Shown piece by piece: positions 1 to 9,780 of a stretch of 64,000 bases of DNA. Under the pieces are notes generated by a model. That model had not been told where the DNA came from and did not search any database. It saw nothing but the letters and a program-made list of their open reading frames with translations. Every line of letters starts with the position of its first letter. The stretch's first letter is position 1. The stretch is taken from contig DAISJZ010000001.1 of NCBI GenBank assembly GCA_036821145.1, positions 19,900 to 83,899 on the forward strand, given 5' to 3'. The position numbers and the translations under genes were made by a program. The stretch comes from Spirochaetota bacterium. Lineage in GTDB: Bacteria > Spirochaetota > UBA4802 > UBA5550.

Positions 1-336
1 AACCATAAAGATTTTTATAACAGCTTAAAACTTTATTATGAAGGTGAAGATTTTATTGCAGTACATGCCGGCCTTAATCCTGATATAAAAAAACTTTCAG
101 ATCAGAAGAAAGATGATCTTATATGGGTTAGAGAGGAGTTTTACAGAAGCAATAAGTGCTGGGAGAAAACCATAATTTTCGGACATACTCCCACTCCTTA
201 TCTGCATAATTCTTATGATGTTTTTATTGATAAAAAAAGAAATATAATTGGACTTGATACTTTTGCAATGAATGAAGAATATCCCCTGACATGCATGGTC
301 TGGCCTGACATGAGATTTTTTCAGGGGAAGCTATAA
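1..336 (+). CDS. C-terminal fragment of a calcineurin-like metallophosphoesterase (Ser/Thr phosphatase / ApaH-like family); the 5' end lies outside the window
   Basis: Frame-1 translation ...AVHAGLNPDIKKLSDQKKDDLIWVREEFYRSNKCWEKTIIFGHTPTP...MVWPDMRFFQGKL* carries the GHTP motif typical of PPP-family phosphoesterases; stop at 334-336. Confidence 0.45.
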   Translation, partial: NHKDFYNSLKLYYEGEDFIAVHAGLNPDIKKLSDQKKDDLIWVREEFYRSNKCWEKTIIFGHTPTPYLHNSYDVFIDKKRNIIGLDTFAMNEEYPLTCMVWPDMRFFQGKL

Positions 337-354
337 TACAGCAGGGGGATACCT

Positions 355-1572
355 GTGAAATATCTTAAAACCTTTTTTGCGGTTGTTTTCGCTTTTATAT
401 TTATATCTGCAGAAAATAATTCGTTCATAATCACCGGGAAAGTCGAATCGATCAGAAATGACGGCTACATTACTGTTCAATTCGATTCAGAAACATCAGA
501 AAGTGAATATCTGCTTCTTAATAATAACAAAATAATTGGTAAAATTCATACACTCCGTTTACTGGGATACTCAGGAGAAAAGCCAAGATACATTGCCCGA
601 TATGAATTCATAGATAAAGCTTCAACAGAACTCCTGAAAGCCGGTATTGAAATTGCCATTAAACCTGTAGAAAAAACAAAGGATAAACGCACTGAAAAGA
701 GAGTTTTTCTGGAAAAACCTGTTTACAAAACTGTAATTATATCACAGGTAGATAGACGTGAAATGGTACTTATCCCGTCCGGAAAATTTCTGATGGGCTC
801 AAACAGCGGTGATGAAGATGAATTTCCCGAACACATGGTAAATCTCACTGAATATTATATTGACAGGTTTGAGGTTTCCAATGAGGATTACAGGATCTAT
901 GCTGACTCAAAAGCGATTAAATATCCTGATTACTGGTCAGGGAAGATCTCTGCCGGTTCAGGCTTTAATGATCTTTTTTTCAGCAGGCTCCCGGTGATTG
1001 TTTCTTATCATGAGGCTGAAGAGTATGCAAGGTGGTGCGGTAAAAGACTGCCTGATGAGATGGAATGGGAAAAAGCCGCAAGATTTCCACCTTCACAGGA
1101 AAAAGGTAATCGCTGGAGTGATTTTACCTGGGGAAATCAGTTCAGAGAAGGGATATCGAATACTGATGAATTCTGGGACTCTGAACAGATCGGTATAAAC
1201 CTGAAAACAATGATTAAACAAAAATATAACTTAACGGTTCTTACAAGAGGGCTTATACCTGTCGATATATATGATACAGAAGCAGTAACATACCACGGCA
1301 TTGTTCATATGGATGGTAATGCTTCTGAATGGACCAGCAGCTGGTACAAAGGATACGAAATGAGCCGTATAAATAGTAAAAAATACGGAACTCAATATAA
1401 GGTTATAAAAGGCGGAAGTTATAACCTCGGCAGAAATGAAGCCAGGGTTACAGATAGAAAAATCGGCGGTATTCCGGATCTTTACAGAGATAGAATATCG
1501 GGGATCAGATGCGTAAAAGATATAACTGACAATGACAGAATAAAGGAAACAGGTTCAGGGAGTAATTTATGA
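355..1572 (+). CDS. formylglycine-generating enzyme (FGE/SUMF1) family protein, secreted
   Basis: GTG start after AGGGGGA; N-terminal hydrophobic signal; FGE-sulfatase domain motifs (MVLIPSGKFLMGS, YYIDRFEVSNEDY, HEAEEYARWCGKRLPDEMEWEKAAR, KGGSYN). Confidence 0.7.
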   Translation: MKYLKTFFAVVFAFIFISAENNSFIITGKVESIRNDGYITVQFDSETSESEYLLLNNNKIIGKIHTLRLLGYSGEKPRYIARYEFIDKASTELLKAGIEIAIKPVEKTKDKRTEKRVFLEKPVYKTVIISQVDRREMVLIPSGKFLMGSNSGDEDEFPEHMVNLTEYYIDRFEVSNEDYRIYADSKAIKYPDYWSGKISAGSGFNDLFFSRLPVIVSYHEAEEYARWCGKRLPDEMEWEKAARFPPSQEKGNRWSDFTWGNQFREGISNTDEFWDSEQIGINLKTMIKQKYNLTVLTRGLIPVDIYDTEAVTYHGIVHMDGNASEWTSSWYKGYEMSRINSKKYGTQYKVIKGGSYNLGRNEARVTDRKIGGIPDLYRDRISGIRCVKDITDNDRIKETGSGSNL

Positions 1573-3797
1573 GGCTATTTTATTTTATTGCCGGAAATAT
1601 CAGCTACACTTTTGCAGTAGCATTATTCATTAGTGTTGTTGGTTTTTTTGAAGGTACATATTTATATCTTATCGCAAGTTCATTTATTCTTACATCCTAT
1701 GAGAAAATATTCAGAATTTTTCTTCAGTGGCTCCCTGTTGTTTTCGCAATTACATCAATTTCATATTATATATTTTCAGGCTTATTTACACCTGTGAAGA
1801 TACCTGCGTTCATGAAAAGACATAGACGGATTAATCGTGTATTTAAAGCTGATTTTAAAACCGATTACCCTGTAAAGGAACTTTACGGAGATTTTTCCGA
1901 CCTCGTCATGAACAACACAACTGCTTCGGCTTTTTTTACAGTATTCATCGCATTAGGTATGATATTGGTAACTTTCTTCAAATTTTATGTTGCAGGTGAG
2001 ATTAGTCTAATCGAAGCAAGGACTATGATAAAGATGACAATACTTGCTACGATTATGTTTATGCTTGTTTACGGCATAACCGCACATCTCTTCGGAGAAT
2101 TTCTAACAAATAATGAAAGAGCTCATCTTTATAATGAGGTACTCAGGCAGGGTGAATTGATCAAACCTCATGCTCTTATCAGTGTTAAAATCAACTTCCA
2201 GTTTTTTATGATTGTAATGGTAATAATTCTGTTCACCTTTGCCGCTCTTCTCGAAAGAATCAAGATACTGCAGCAGCAGAATAATATTATTATCGTTGTT
2301 TTCCTAATTATAGCACTGGCATCAGCATTTTTCTTTATCAGAATAAACTCAGGATCGATTTTAAGTATCCTCGCGGATATGGCCAGGGTAACCAGGGAAA
2401 TTGCAGCAGGACATAGAGCCGGTTTCCGGGTCCTTTCGCTTGGTAAGGAATTTTCATATATCGAATATGCTCTCATGGAGATGGCATGGGAGATCGACGA
2501 ACACAGAAAAAACCTGGAACTAAAGGTTCTGGAACGAACAGAAGATCTTGAACGTACCATGAATGAACTTAAACTGAGAGATGAACAGATACAGAAACAG
2601 CTCGACATGGCAAGTGTAATTCAGCGGAGTATACTCCCCAGCAGGCTTGATGACTGGAATGAGCTCAAATTTGCAGTAAGATACCGTGCAATGGAAAAGA
2701 TCGGGGGAGACTTTTATGACGTCTTCCAGTTAAAAGACAATAAAATCGGTATACTCATGGCGGACGTTTCAGGTCACGGTATCCCTGCTGCTCTTGTAAC
2801 CGCGATGGCAAAAATATCTTTCGGAAATGCCGGCACAATCTACAGCTCTCCGCGAAGGATATTTCAGGAGGTTAACAGAAATATCATTGACCATATGAAG
2901 ACTCAGGACTATATGACATGCTTCATGGTAGCTATCGATGACGACTACAATGTTACTTATTCAAATGCCAGTCATCAGAAAGCTATACTTCTGCATTCCG
3001 AGAAGGAGGAAATAGAATATCTTGATACAAACGGGCTCTTTCTCGGGGCTCTCGAAGAAGCCAGGGATACATACGAGGAAAAAAATACAGCTCTTGAGTA
3101 TGGAGACAGGCTGATACTCTATACTGACGGTATACCTGAAGCCCAGAATGAATCAAAAGAGGAATATTCAAATGAAAGATTTGAAGCATCTATTCTTAAA
3201 CACAAAGGAGAGGATCTTGAGACATTCATAGACTCCCTTCTTATTGATGTACGGGAACACATTGGTGCCATGGGAGCAATTGATGATATATCAATACTTG
3301 TTGTGGAACTCGCCTGGGATGAGGCCATTGATATTATCAAGTTTTCGAAGAAGATGATTAACAGTCATAAATATCTTGAAGCAATTGACATGCTTGAATC
3401 AGGACTGAAAAAATATCCTGAAAACCAGAAAATTCTTTATAATCTCGGGAAAAACTATTTCAGAATCAACAACTTCAGTAAAGCAGTTCAGACACTTGAA
3501 AAGTATATAGAAAATGATAAAAAGAATAAATTTGCATATTACATAAATGGTGCTGCGCACTACCAGATGATGGATTACAGAACAGCAATTGAAAAGTTTA
3601 ATCTTGCTCTCGGACTGGATCCGAATATGTCAAACGCTTTGTTTGCACTGGGGATGTGTTATAAAAATTTAAACGAGTTCGAAGAAGCGACTCAAATTTT
3701 CGAACGTGTAATGAATATTGATGCCGGGAATAAAATGGCTCTGTTTGAAATTAAGCAGATTGAGAAAATTAAAGGTATGGATAGTTCAACATCGTAA
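1569..3797 (+). CDS. membrane-anchored PP2C-type (SpoIIE/RsbU-like) serine phosphatase with HAMP-like linker and C-terminal TPR repeats
   Basis: Several N-terminal TM helices; coiled-coil linker; SpoIIE/PP2C motifs (GGDFYDV, MADVSGHGIPAAL, LILYTDGIPEAQN); C-terminal TPR-like repeats (YNLGKNYF, AAHYQMMDY, ALGMCYKNL); start overlaps the upstream stop. Confidence 0.7.
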   Translation: MRLFYFIAGNISYTFAVALFISVVGFFEGTYLYLIASSFILTSYEKIFRIFLQWLPVVFAITSISYYIFSGLFTPVKIPAFMKRHRRINRVFKADFKTDYPVKELYGDFSDLVMNNTTASAFFTVFIALGMILVTFFKFYVAGEISLIEARTMIKMTILATIMFMLVYGITAHLFGEFLTNNERAHLYNEVLRQGELIKPHALISVKINFQFFMIVMVIILFTFAALLERIKILQQQNNIIIVVFLIIALASAFFFIRINSGSILSILADMARVTREIAAGHRAGFRVLSLGKEFSYIEYALMEMAWEIDEHRKNLELKVLERTEDLERTMNELKLRDEQIQKQLDMASVIQRSILPSRLDDWNELKFAVRYRAMEKIGGDFYDVFQLKDNKIGILMADVSGHGIPAALVTAMAKISFGNAGTIYSSPRRIFQEVNRNIIDHMKTQDYMTCFMVAIDDDYNVTYSNASHQKAILLHSEKEEIEYLDTNGLFLGALEEARDTYEEKNTALEYGDRLILYTDGIPEAQNESKEEYSNERFEASILKHKGEDLETFIDSLLIDVREHIGAMGAIDDISILVVELAWDEAIDIIKFSKKMINSHKYLEAIDMLESGLKKYPENQKILYNLGKNYFRINNFSKAVQTLEKYIENDKKNKFAYYINGAAHYQMMDYRTAIEKFNLALGLDPNMSNALFALGMCYKNLNEFEEATQIFERVMNIDAGNKMALFEIKQIEKIKGMDSSTS

Positions 3798-3893
3798 GTG
3801 TAAGGTTCGCAAACCTCATGTTAAGTGCACTTCAACCGGTGTACTTAACCATCATACTTTATTAAATCTTTTTTAAAAAATATTAACAATTCA

Positions 3894-4946
3894 ATGAAAC
3901 CAGGTATTAAAGATTATAATTACGAAGAGCTGCTCGAAATTTTTACCGGAATGGGTGAAAAGGAATACAGGGTAAAGCAGCTTTTTAATTGGCTATATGA
4001 AAAAAACATTGATGACTTCAGTCTAATGACTAATTTTTCTAAAGAGCTGAGACAGACCCTTGCAGATAAGTATATTCTCTCTCCTCTTACCCTGGAAGAT
4101 CGTGAAATTTCATCAATCGATGCAACAGAAAAATTTCTATTCAGGACAGAGGATAATCATTTCATAGAAAGTGTTCTTATTAAAAATGAAATGTCGGACG
4201 AGGGAAGACTTACAATTTGCATTTCTTCACAGATCGGCTGCCAGATGGGATGCAAATTTTGTGAAACTGCTAAAATCGGATTTGTAAGGGATTTGACAAC
4301 CGGAGAAATACTGGACCAGATCTGTCATGTCAGACGGATTACCGGCCTGAAAAATAATAATATCGTATTCATGGGTATGGGCGAACCATTCATGAATTAT
4401 GAAAATGTTCTTAAAGCCGCAGATATAATGAATTATTCATTCGGTTTTCATCTTTCAGTCAGAAAAATTACAATATCTACAAGCGGAATACTTCCTGTCA
4501 TTGAAAGGTATATAGATGAAGAGAGACCTTATAATCTTGCTCTTTCTTTAAATGATACTGAAGCATCAAAACGGATTGTAAATATGCCTGTGGAAAAAAA
4601 GTATCCCTTCCAGGCAATAGCTGAATTACTTAATAATAAATTTCCGGTATCACGAAACCGGCTGACAATAGAATATGTGATGAGAAAAGATAATATCTCA
4701 CATGATGACGCTAAACGGCTTAAAAGAATGTTTAAATACGCCAGAGTGAAACTGAATCTCATCCCGCTCAATCCCGGTAAACATACGCTCCCGATCCCCA
4801 CACAGGCTGAAATTGATGCCTTTGTAAAAGAACTTGAAATAATGAATGTACCGATTTCTATAAGAAAAAGTATGGGGAGCGACATATCAGGAGCATGCGG
4901 TCAGCTCTCGGGAAAAAAATACAAACATTCAGAAGAAAAGGATTAA
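3894..4946 (+). CDS. rlmN: 23S rRNA (adenine2503-C2)-methyltransferase RlmN, radical SAM
   Basis: RlmN/Cfr signature ICISSQIGCQMGCKFCETAKIGF (CxxxCxxC radical-SAM cluster) and overall RlmN-like sequence. Confidence 0.85.
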   Translation: MKPGIKDYNYEELLEIFTGMGEKEYRVKQLFNWLYEKNIDDFSLMTNFSKELRQTLADKYILSPLTLEDREISSIDATEKFLFRTEDNHFIESVLIKNEMSDEGRLTICISSQIGCQMGCKFCETAKIGFVRDLTTGEILDQICHVRRITGLKNNNIVFMGMGEPFMNYENVLKAADIMNYSFGFHLSVRKITISTSGILPVIERYIDEERPYNLALSLNDTEASKRIVNMPVEKKYPFQAIAELLNNKFPVSRNRLTIEYVMRKDNISHDDAKRLKRMFKYARVKLNLIPLNPGKHTLPIPTQAEIDAFVKELEIMNVPISIRKSMGSDISGACGQLSGKKYKHSEEKD

Positions 4947-4952
4947 CAGTTT

Positions 4953-7196
4953 ATGCCTATAATTCGATGGATTTTTTCACATAAAACAATCTGTTTCTTA
5001 TATATACCGCTAACAGCTTTTCTATTAATCTTTATTTATTCGGCCTTTGTTTACATGGAGTGGAGATCTGACAGAACTCTTGCCCTCGACAGACTCGCAA
5101 GATATAAACAACTTATTGACCGAACTGAAGAGATGAAGAAGGGGTATCCCTATACTCAGAATGAAATAGACATCAACGCAAAAGCTGTAGATATTCCGAC
5201 CCGCATATATGATAGAAACGGTGTAATAATAGGTGAATTCTTCGAGCAGAAAAGGGAAATTGTACCTTTTGATTATATTCCTGACTGGCTTGTCAAGGGT
5301 GTAATATCCAGTGAAGACAGAGATTTTTATAATCACCGGGGGATCAGTTTTATCGGAATTTCGCGGGCAATGATTAAAAATGTACTTAGCTTTGGAGTTG
5401 TTCAGGGCGGTAGTACGATTACACAGCAGCTTGCAAAAGTCCTTTTCACTGATATGGAGCGGAACCTTAAGCGTAAGATATATGAAGCTTACTGTGCCCG
5501 GGAAATAGAAAATCTATATGATAAGCAGGATATACTTTCGATGTATCTTAATCTTATCTATTTCGGAAACGGATCTTATGGTGTCGAATCTACTGCAAAA
5601 ATGTTTTTCGGAAAATCCGTACGGGATCTTGATGTAACAGAATGTGCAATGATTGTTGCAACAATCTCAAATCCAGGTTATTATTCTCCTCTAATGAATA
5701 TAAATAATTCAGTTACTAAAACAAAAAGAATCCTTTATTCCATAAGCGATGCCGGGTACCTTAAAGAGGAAAAAATCGAATCTTTATATAAAGAATTTAT
5801 AAGAAAATGGGAAATTGAATTTGATGAGAATAAAAGAATAACCAGTTCAAAAATCGGGAGCTTTATTTATAGTTCCTACAGAATCAATCTTTCCCCTTTT
5901 TTTAATGAAAGAATCCGCAGAGAGCTGGTAGAAAGGTTCGGGGAGGATGCTGTTAAAAAAGGAGGCCTTTCTGTTTATACTACTATTGATGCATTAAAAC
6001 AGGAGGCCGCTGTTAAAAGTCTTAGAAATGGGATACAGCATCAACGCGATTATCATCTTAAAATTTCTCAAAGATTAAAAAACACAATATCTTCTGAAAA
6101 AGAAAAATTAAAAGCATCAGATATTGAAGGAGCTCTTATATCACTTAACCCCCATACGGGTGAAATACTTTCTTATGTGGGGGGATTTGATTTTACCAGT
6201 ACAAATCAGAATGACAATATTTACCAGAGCAGACGCCAGCCCGGTTCATCTATTAAACCGCTCGTTTATGCTGCAGCAATAGAAAATAAAACAATTACAC
6301 CATCGACGCTTTTTACTGATAAACCTATGACTTTTAAAAATGGTTATTCTCCGCAAAACTATGGAAAAAAATATTATGGAGATGTAACAGCAAGAACTGC
6401 ATTGATTAAATCCCTTAATACTATCGCGGTTCAGATTCTTGATAAAACAGGATATGATAGAGTTTTTTCATATATCCGGAAAGCGCTTTCTTTATCAGAC
6501 AGTGAGATGGATAAAAGATTCAGTGAAACATTATCATTCGGACTTGGAGCCTATGAAATATCTCCGCTTGAAAGTGCTGTTCTAAATTCACTTTTTATTA
6601 ATGGCGGAAAATTTATTCTGCCATATGGTATCAAGACCGTTAAAGATTATAACGGCAACATTATATGGGACAATGAAAAAGAAATTATTGAAAAAATGAC
6701 CGGAGAAAGGGATAAAACCGGCACAATTATGGACCCTGCCGCAGGACGGGTCACAATCTCAATGCTTGAAGGGATCAGTGAATCCGATTCCTCTGTGAAC
6801 TGGCTATTAAAAAAATACGGCATCAATTTTTCATGTGCCGGTAAAACAGGAACAACCTCCAATTATTATGATGCATGGTTTGTGGGCTATAACAGCAGCC
6901 TGGTAACAACTGTATGGATTGGAAATAAAAGCGGTTCTATCTCACTCGGCGAGGGGAGATCCGCAAGCGGAATTGCCGCACCTGTATGGGCTGAATACAT
7001 ATCCTCCATTTACAGAAATGAATCTCCGGAAGCATTTAATTCATCTATTGAAAATATTACCACAGAAAATATCTGCATCGATTCCGGTGAAGTTGCCGGC
7101 AAAAATGGTGAATGTCCAAGAACTGCTGTCCAGTATTATTTATCAGGCACAGAACCTGGAAGATTCTGCCATATACATGTTACAAATTACCAATAA
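4953..7196 (+). CDS. mrcA: bifunctional penicillin-binding protein 1A (glycosyltransferase GT51 + transpeptidase)
   Basis: GT51 motifs EDRDFYNHRGI, GGSTITQQLAK; transpeptidase SSIKP (SxxK), SLN, KTGTT; N-terminal membrane anchor. Confidence 0.85.
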   Translation: MPIIRWIFSHKTICFLYIPLTAFLLIFIYSAFVYMEWRSDRTLALDRLARYKQLIDRTEEMKKGYPYTQNEIDINAKAVDIPTRIYDRNGVIIGEFFEQKREIVPFDYIPDWLVKGVISSEDRDFYNHRGISFIGISRAMIKNVLSFGVVQGGSTITQQLAKVLFTDMERNLKRKIYEAYCAREIENLYDKQDILSMYLNLIYFGNGSYGVESTAKMFFGKSVRDLDVTECAMIVATISNPGYYSPLMNINNSVTKTKRILYSISDAGYLKEEKIESLYKEFIRKWEIEFDENKRITSSKIGSFIYSSYRINLSPFFNERIRRELVERFGEDAVKKGGLSVYTTIDALKQEAAVKSLRNGIQHQRDYHLKISQRLKNTISSEKEKLKASDIEGALISLNPHTGEILSYVGGFDFTSTNQNDNIYQSRRQPGSSIKPLVYAAAIENKTITPSTLFTDKPMTFKNGYSPQNYGKKYYGDVTARTALIKSLNTIAVQILDKTGYDRVFSYIRKALSLSDSEMDKRFSETLSFGLGAYEISPLESAVLNSLFINGGKFILPYGIKTVKDYNGNIIWDNEKEIIEKMTGERDKTGTIMDPAAGRVTISMLEGISESDSSVNWLLKKYGINFSCAGKTGTTSNYYDAWFVGYNSSLVTTVWIGNKSGSISLGEGRSASGIAAPVWAEYISSIYRNESPEAFNSSIENITTENICIDSGEVAGKNGECPRTAVQYYLSGTEPGRFCHIHVTNYQ

Positions 7197-7207
7197 TGAG
7201 GAACAAC

Positions 7208-8062
7208 ATGAATAAAAATATACTGATAATTTCATTACTAATTCTTGCCTGTTTTAATCTTTCTTTCCGCTGGCCTCTTTCAGATTCAATTCTTACTGCA
7301 ACCTTCGGTGAATCAAGAGGCGACCATTTTCATGATGGTGTGGATATGATCGGCACAAAACCGGATGTTTATCCTGTCTGTCCCGGGAACCTTCTATTTA
7401 CATGGAATAGATTCTTTTTCCCACTCGATAATTACTGGGGAGGAGGGAATTATAAACTGATAAGCCATGAAAAAAATCTTTTATCTGTCTACATGCACCT
7501 TGAGGATGGCGATGACCTCAGGACTGTTTACAGTGAAACCGATATTCTTGGTTACTTCGGTAACACCGGGCATTCTTATGGGAAACATATTCATTTTTCA
7601 TTGCTCGATCAAACTAATAAAGAATCTATTAATCCATTTCTTAATCTTCCCGGCTATAATGATACCCGTGCCCCGGAAATTCTATATTTCTATGTACGGA
7701 TTGGTGATAGATATGTCAGGCTTAATGAAAACTCTGACATCAGGCTGACACAGCATTATCCGCTGCTGATAGAAATCCGTGATACTATCACAGGTCGTGA
7801 AAACCTTGGAATATATAAGTTGAAAGCAGTTATAAATGGAAAAGAAATTCTGAATACTGAATTCAGCAGAATCGGCATCGGTGAAAAGGGTTTGACAATA
7901 GAAAAAATTCCTTTCAACAATATTTTTGATGAAAAAGGGTATTACAAAGTCAGCGGAATACAATACAGGGAAGGGTTAAATTGTATCGAAATTTATGCAT
8001 CAGATTTCAATGGAAATACATCAGATAAAATTTTTAATATAAATATCGATCTTGATATGTAA
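7208..8062 (+). CDS. M23 family metallopeptidase (peptidoglycan endopeptidase)
   Basis: ATG at 7208 with GAGGA RBS immediately after the PBP1A stop; signal peptide; M23 motifs GDHFHDGVDM and GHSYGKHIHFS; the ORF-track start at 7112 overlaps PBP1A and is unlikely. Confidence 0.7.
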   Translation: MNKNILIISLLILACFNLSFRWPLSDSILTATFGESRGDHFHDGVDMIGTKPDVYPVCPGNLLFTWNRFFFPLDNYWGGGNYKLISHEKNLLSVYMHLEDGDDLRTVYSETDILGYFGNTGHSYGKHIHFSLLDQTNKESINPFLNLPGYNDTRAPEILYFYVRIGDRYVRLNENSDIRLTQHYPLLIEIRDTITGRENLGIYKLKAVINGKEILNTEFSRIGIGEKGLTIEKIPFNNIFDEKGYYKVSGIQYREGLNCIEIYASDFNGNTSDKIFNINIDLDM

Positions 8063-8097
8063 CGGTTTAAGCATCCTGGTCTTATCCGGAGGATTTT

Positions 8098-8514
8098 TTG
8101 AAAAACACAATATCCGTAATCAGACGTAAAAAAAGAATTAAACAGATCGATCTTGCTAAAGCGCTTAGCGTGTCCCCGTCATATCTTTGTAAAGTGGAAA
8201 AAGGTCTTGTTGAACCCACAGATTCATTCCGTGAGCTCTGTTCATCATTTCTCGAAGAAAGCCCTGAAGCTATCTTTCCTCCACAGGGAGAAAAACCTGT
8301 TTTAAATCTTGAAGAAAAACCATCTATAAACAATATATGGAGTGCGAGACAAAAGAAAAATATTAAGCAGAATAAACTTGCTGAATTGCTTGAATGCTCA
8401 CCTTCATATCTTTCAAAAATCGAAAAAGGCCTTCAGCAGCCGAATGATAAATTCAAAAAAAAATGCGCAAAGATTCTTAAAATTAAAGAATCCGAATTAT
8501 TTCCGGAATATTGA
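8098..8514 (+). CDS. transcriptional regulator with two tandem XRE-type helix-turn-helix domains
   Basis: TTG start after GGAGG; two HTH_3-like repeats (QIDLAKALSVSPSYLCKVEKG and QNKLAELLECSPSYLSKIEKG). Confidence 0.6.
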   Translation: MKNTISVIRRKKRIKQIDLAKALSVSPSYLCKVEKGLVEPTDSFRELCSSFLEESPEAIFPPQGEKPVLNLEEKPSINNIWSARQKKNIKQNKLAELLECSPSYLSKIEKGLQQPNDKFKKKCAKILKIKESELFPEY

Positions 8515-8523
8515 TTTATCCAT

Positions 8524-9780
8524 ATGAGCTATATTATAAGTCATATCAGTATTGCTTTAGTATTTCTCCTTCTATCAGCTTTTTTTTCAGGTACTGAAAC
8601 TGCTTTGTTTTCTCTAAAGAAAGCTGATTTACACCGTTTATCAATATCTGAAAAGAGCAGCGAACGCGCGATAGCTACACTCATGAATACCCCGGACAGG
8701 ATTCTTGCAACTATATTGATCGGTAATCTTTTTGTAAACCTGTCACTTGCTGCAATTGTTACCAATTTTCTTCTTGGATATTTCGGAAACTATGGACATT
8801 TTATTTCAATTTCAGTTGTTACTCCTCTTATTATTATCCTTTCAGAAATCACTCCCAAAGTTATAGCGGTAAATACTTATCTTAATTTCAGCAGAGCCAG
8901 CTTTCCGCTTATTCTTCTTTTTCATAAAATTTTTTATCCCGCGCGATTTATAACGATGAAATATACAGACCTGCTTACACGTATATTTAAACTTGATCTT
9001 ACACATGCCAACCTTACTGAAGAGGAACTCAGATTCGTAGTTAACACCGGAGAAGAGAAGGGGCTCATTGATAAACGTGAAAGTGATATTATAAAAAATG
9101 TTATGCGTTTTTCCGACAAAGAAGCATCAAATATTATGTATCCGCGTAACCAGGCGACTTTTATACAGTATGGTTCATCGATAGAACAGGCGATGGAAAT
9201 CATAATTGATAATGAACTTGTAAGAATACCTGTCTACAAAGAAGATTATGATGATATTGTCGGTTTCATTGATTCACGTGACTTAATGGCCTCTTATCTC
9301 GGCTACAAAAAAAATCTTAAAATAAATAAGTTTATCAAACCGATAGATTTTTTCCCTTTTTCAAAGGTGCTCACTGAACTCCTGGAAGACTTTCTCAAAA
9401 AGAAAATACAGATTGCGGTAATCGTTGATGAATACGGAGGTACAGCGGGGATTGTTACTTTGAGTTCCATACTATCATCTCTTCTTGGAAAGGAATTCGG
9501 AAAATGGGAAAATTACAAAAAATCGGGAATAAGATTAATAGACCAGGATCGTTATATAGTTTCCGGAAAACTGCAGCTTGATGAGTTTAATCTTTTCTTT
9601 AATGAAAAATTTACAAGTAATAACTCTGACACAATCGGCGGTTACGTGATCGAACAGCTTAATTTTTTCCCTACTAAAGGTGAGAAAATACAACTCAATG
9701 ATATTGAAATAACTGTTAAGACTGTCAGCAAGAGAAAAATAATGACCCTTGATGTATATGTAATGAGGACAAATGGTTGA
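8524..9780 (+). CDS. CNNM/HlyC/CorC family transporter (DUF21 membrane domain + CBS pair + CorC_HlyC), TlyC/GldE-like
   Basis: Four N-terminal TM helices; CBS pair; C-terminal transporter-associated domain; first of a tandem pair. Confidence 0.75.
   Translation: MSYIISHISIALVFLLLSAFFSGTETALFSLKKADLHRLSISEKSSERAIATLMNTPDRILATILIGNLFVNLSLAAIVTNFLLGYFGNYGHFISISVVTPLIIILSEITPKVIAVNTYLNFSRASFPLILLFHKIFYPARFITMKYTDLLTRIFKLDLTHANLTEEELRFVVNTGEEKGLIDKRESDIIKNVMRFSDKEASNIMYPRNQATFIQYGSSIEQAMEIIIDNELVRIPVYKEDYDDIVGFIDSRDLMASYLGYKKNLKINKFIKPIDFFPFSKVLTELLEDFLKKKIQIAVIVDEYGGTAGIVTLSSILSSLLGKEFGKWENYKKSGIRLIDQDRYIVSGKLQLDEFNLFFNEKFTSNNSDTIGGYVIEQLNFFPTKGEKIQLNDIEITVKTVSKRKIMTLDVYVMRTNG

Noticed and set aside
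998-8765. Numerous short internal or antisense ORFs (e.g. 998..1198, 2168..2608, 2983..3340, 4529..4885, 5025..5336, 6647..6862, 7467..7963, 8082..8333, 8541..8765)
   Set aside because: They lie fully inside strongly supported genes, lack RBSs, and have low-complexity translations.
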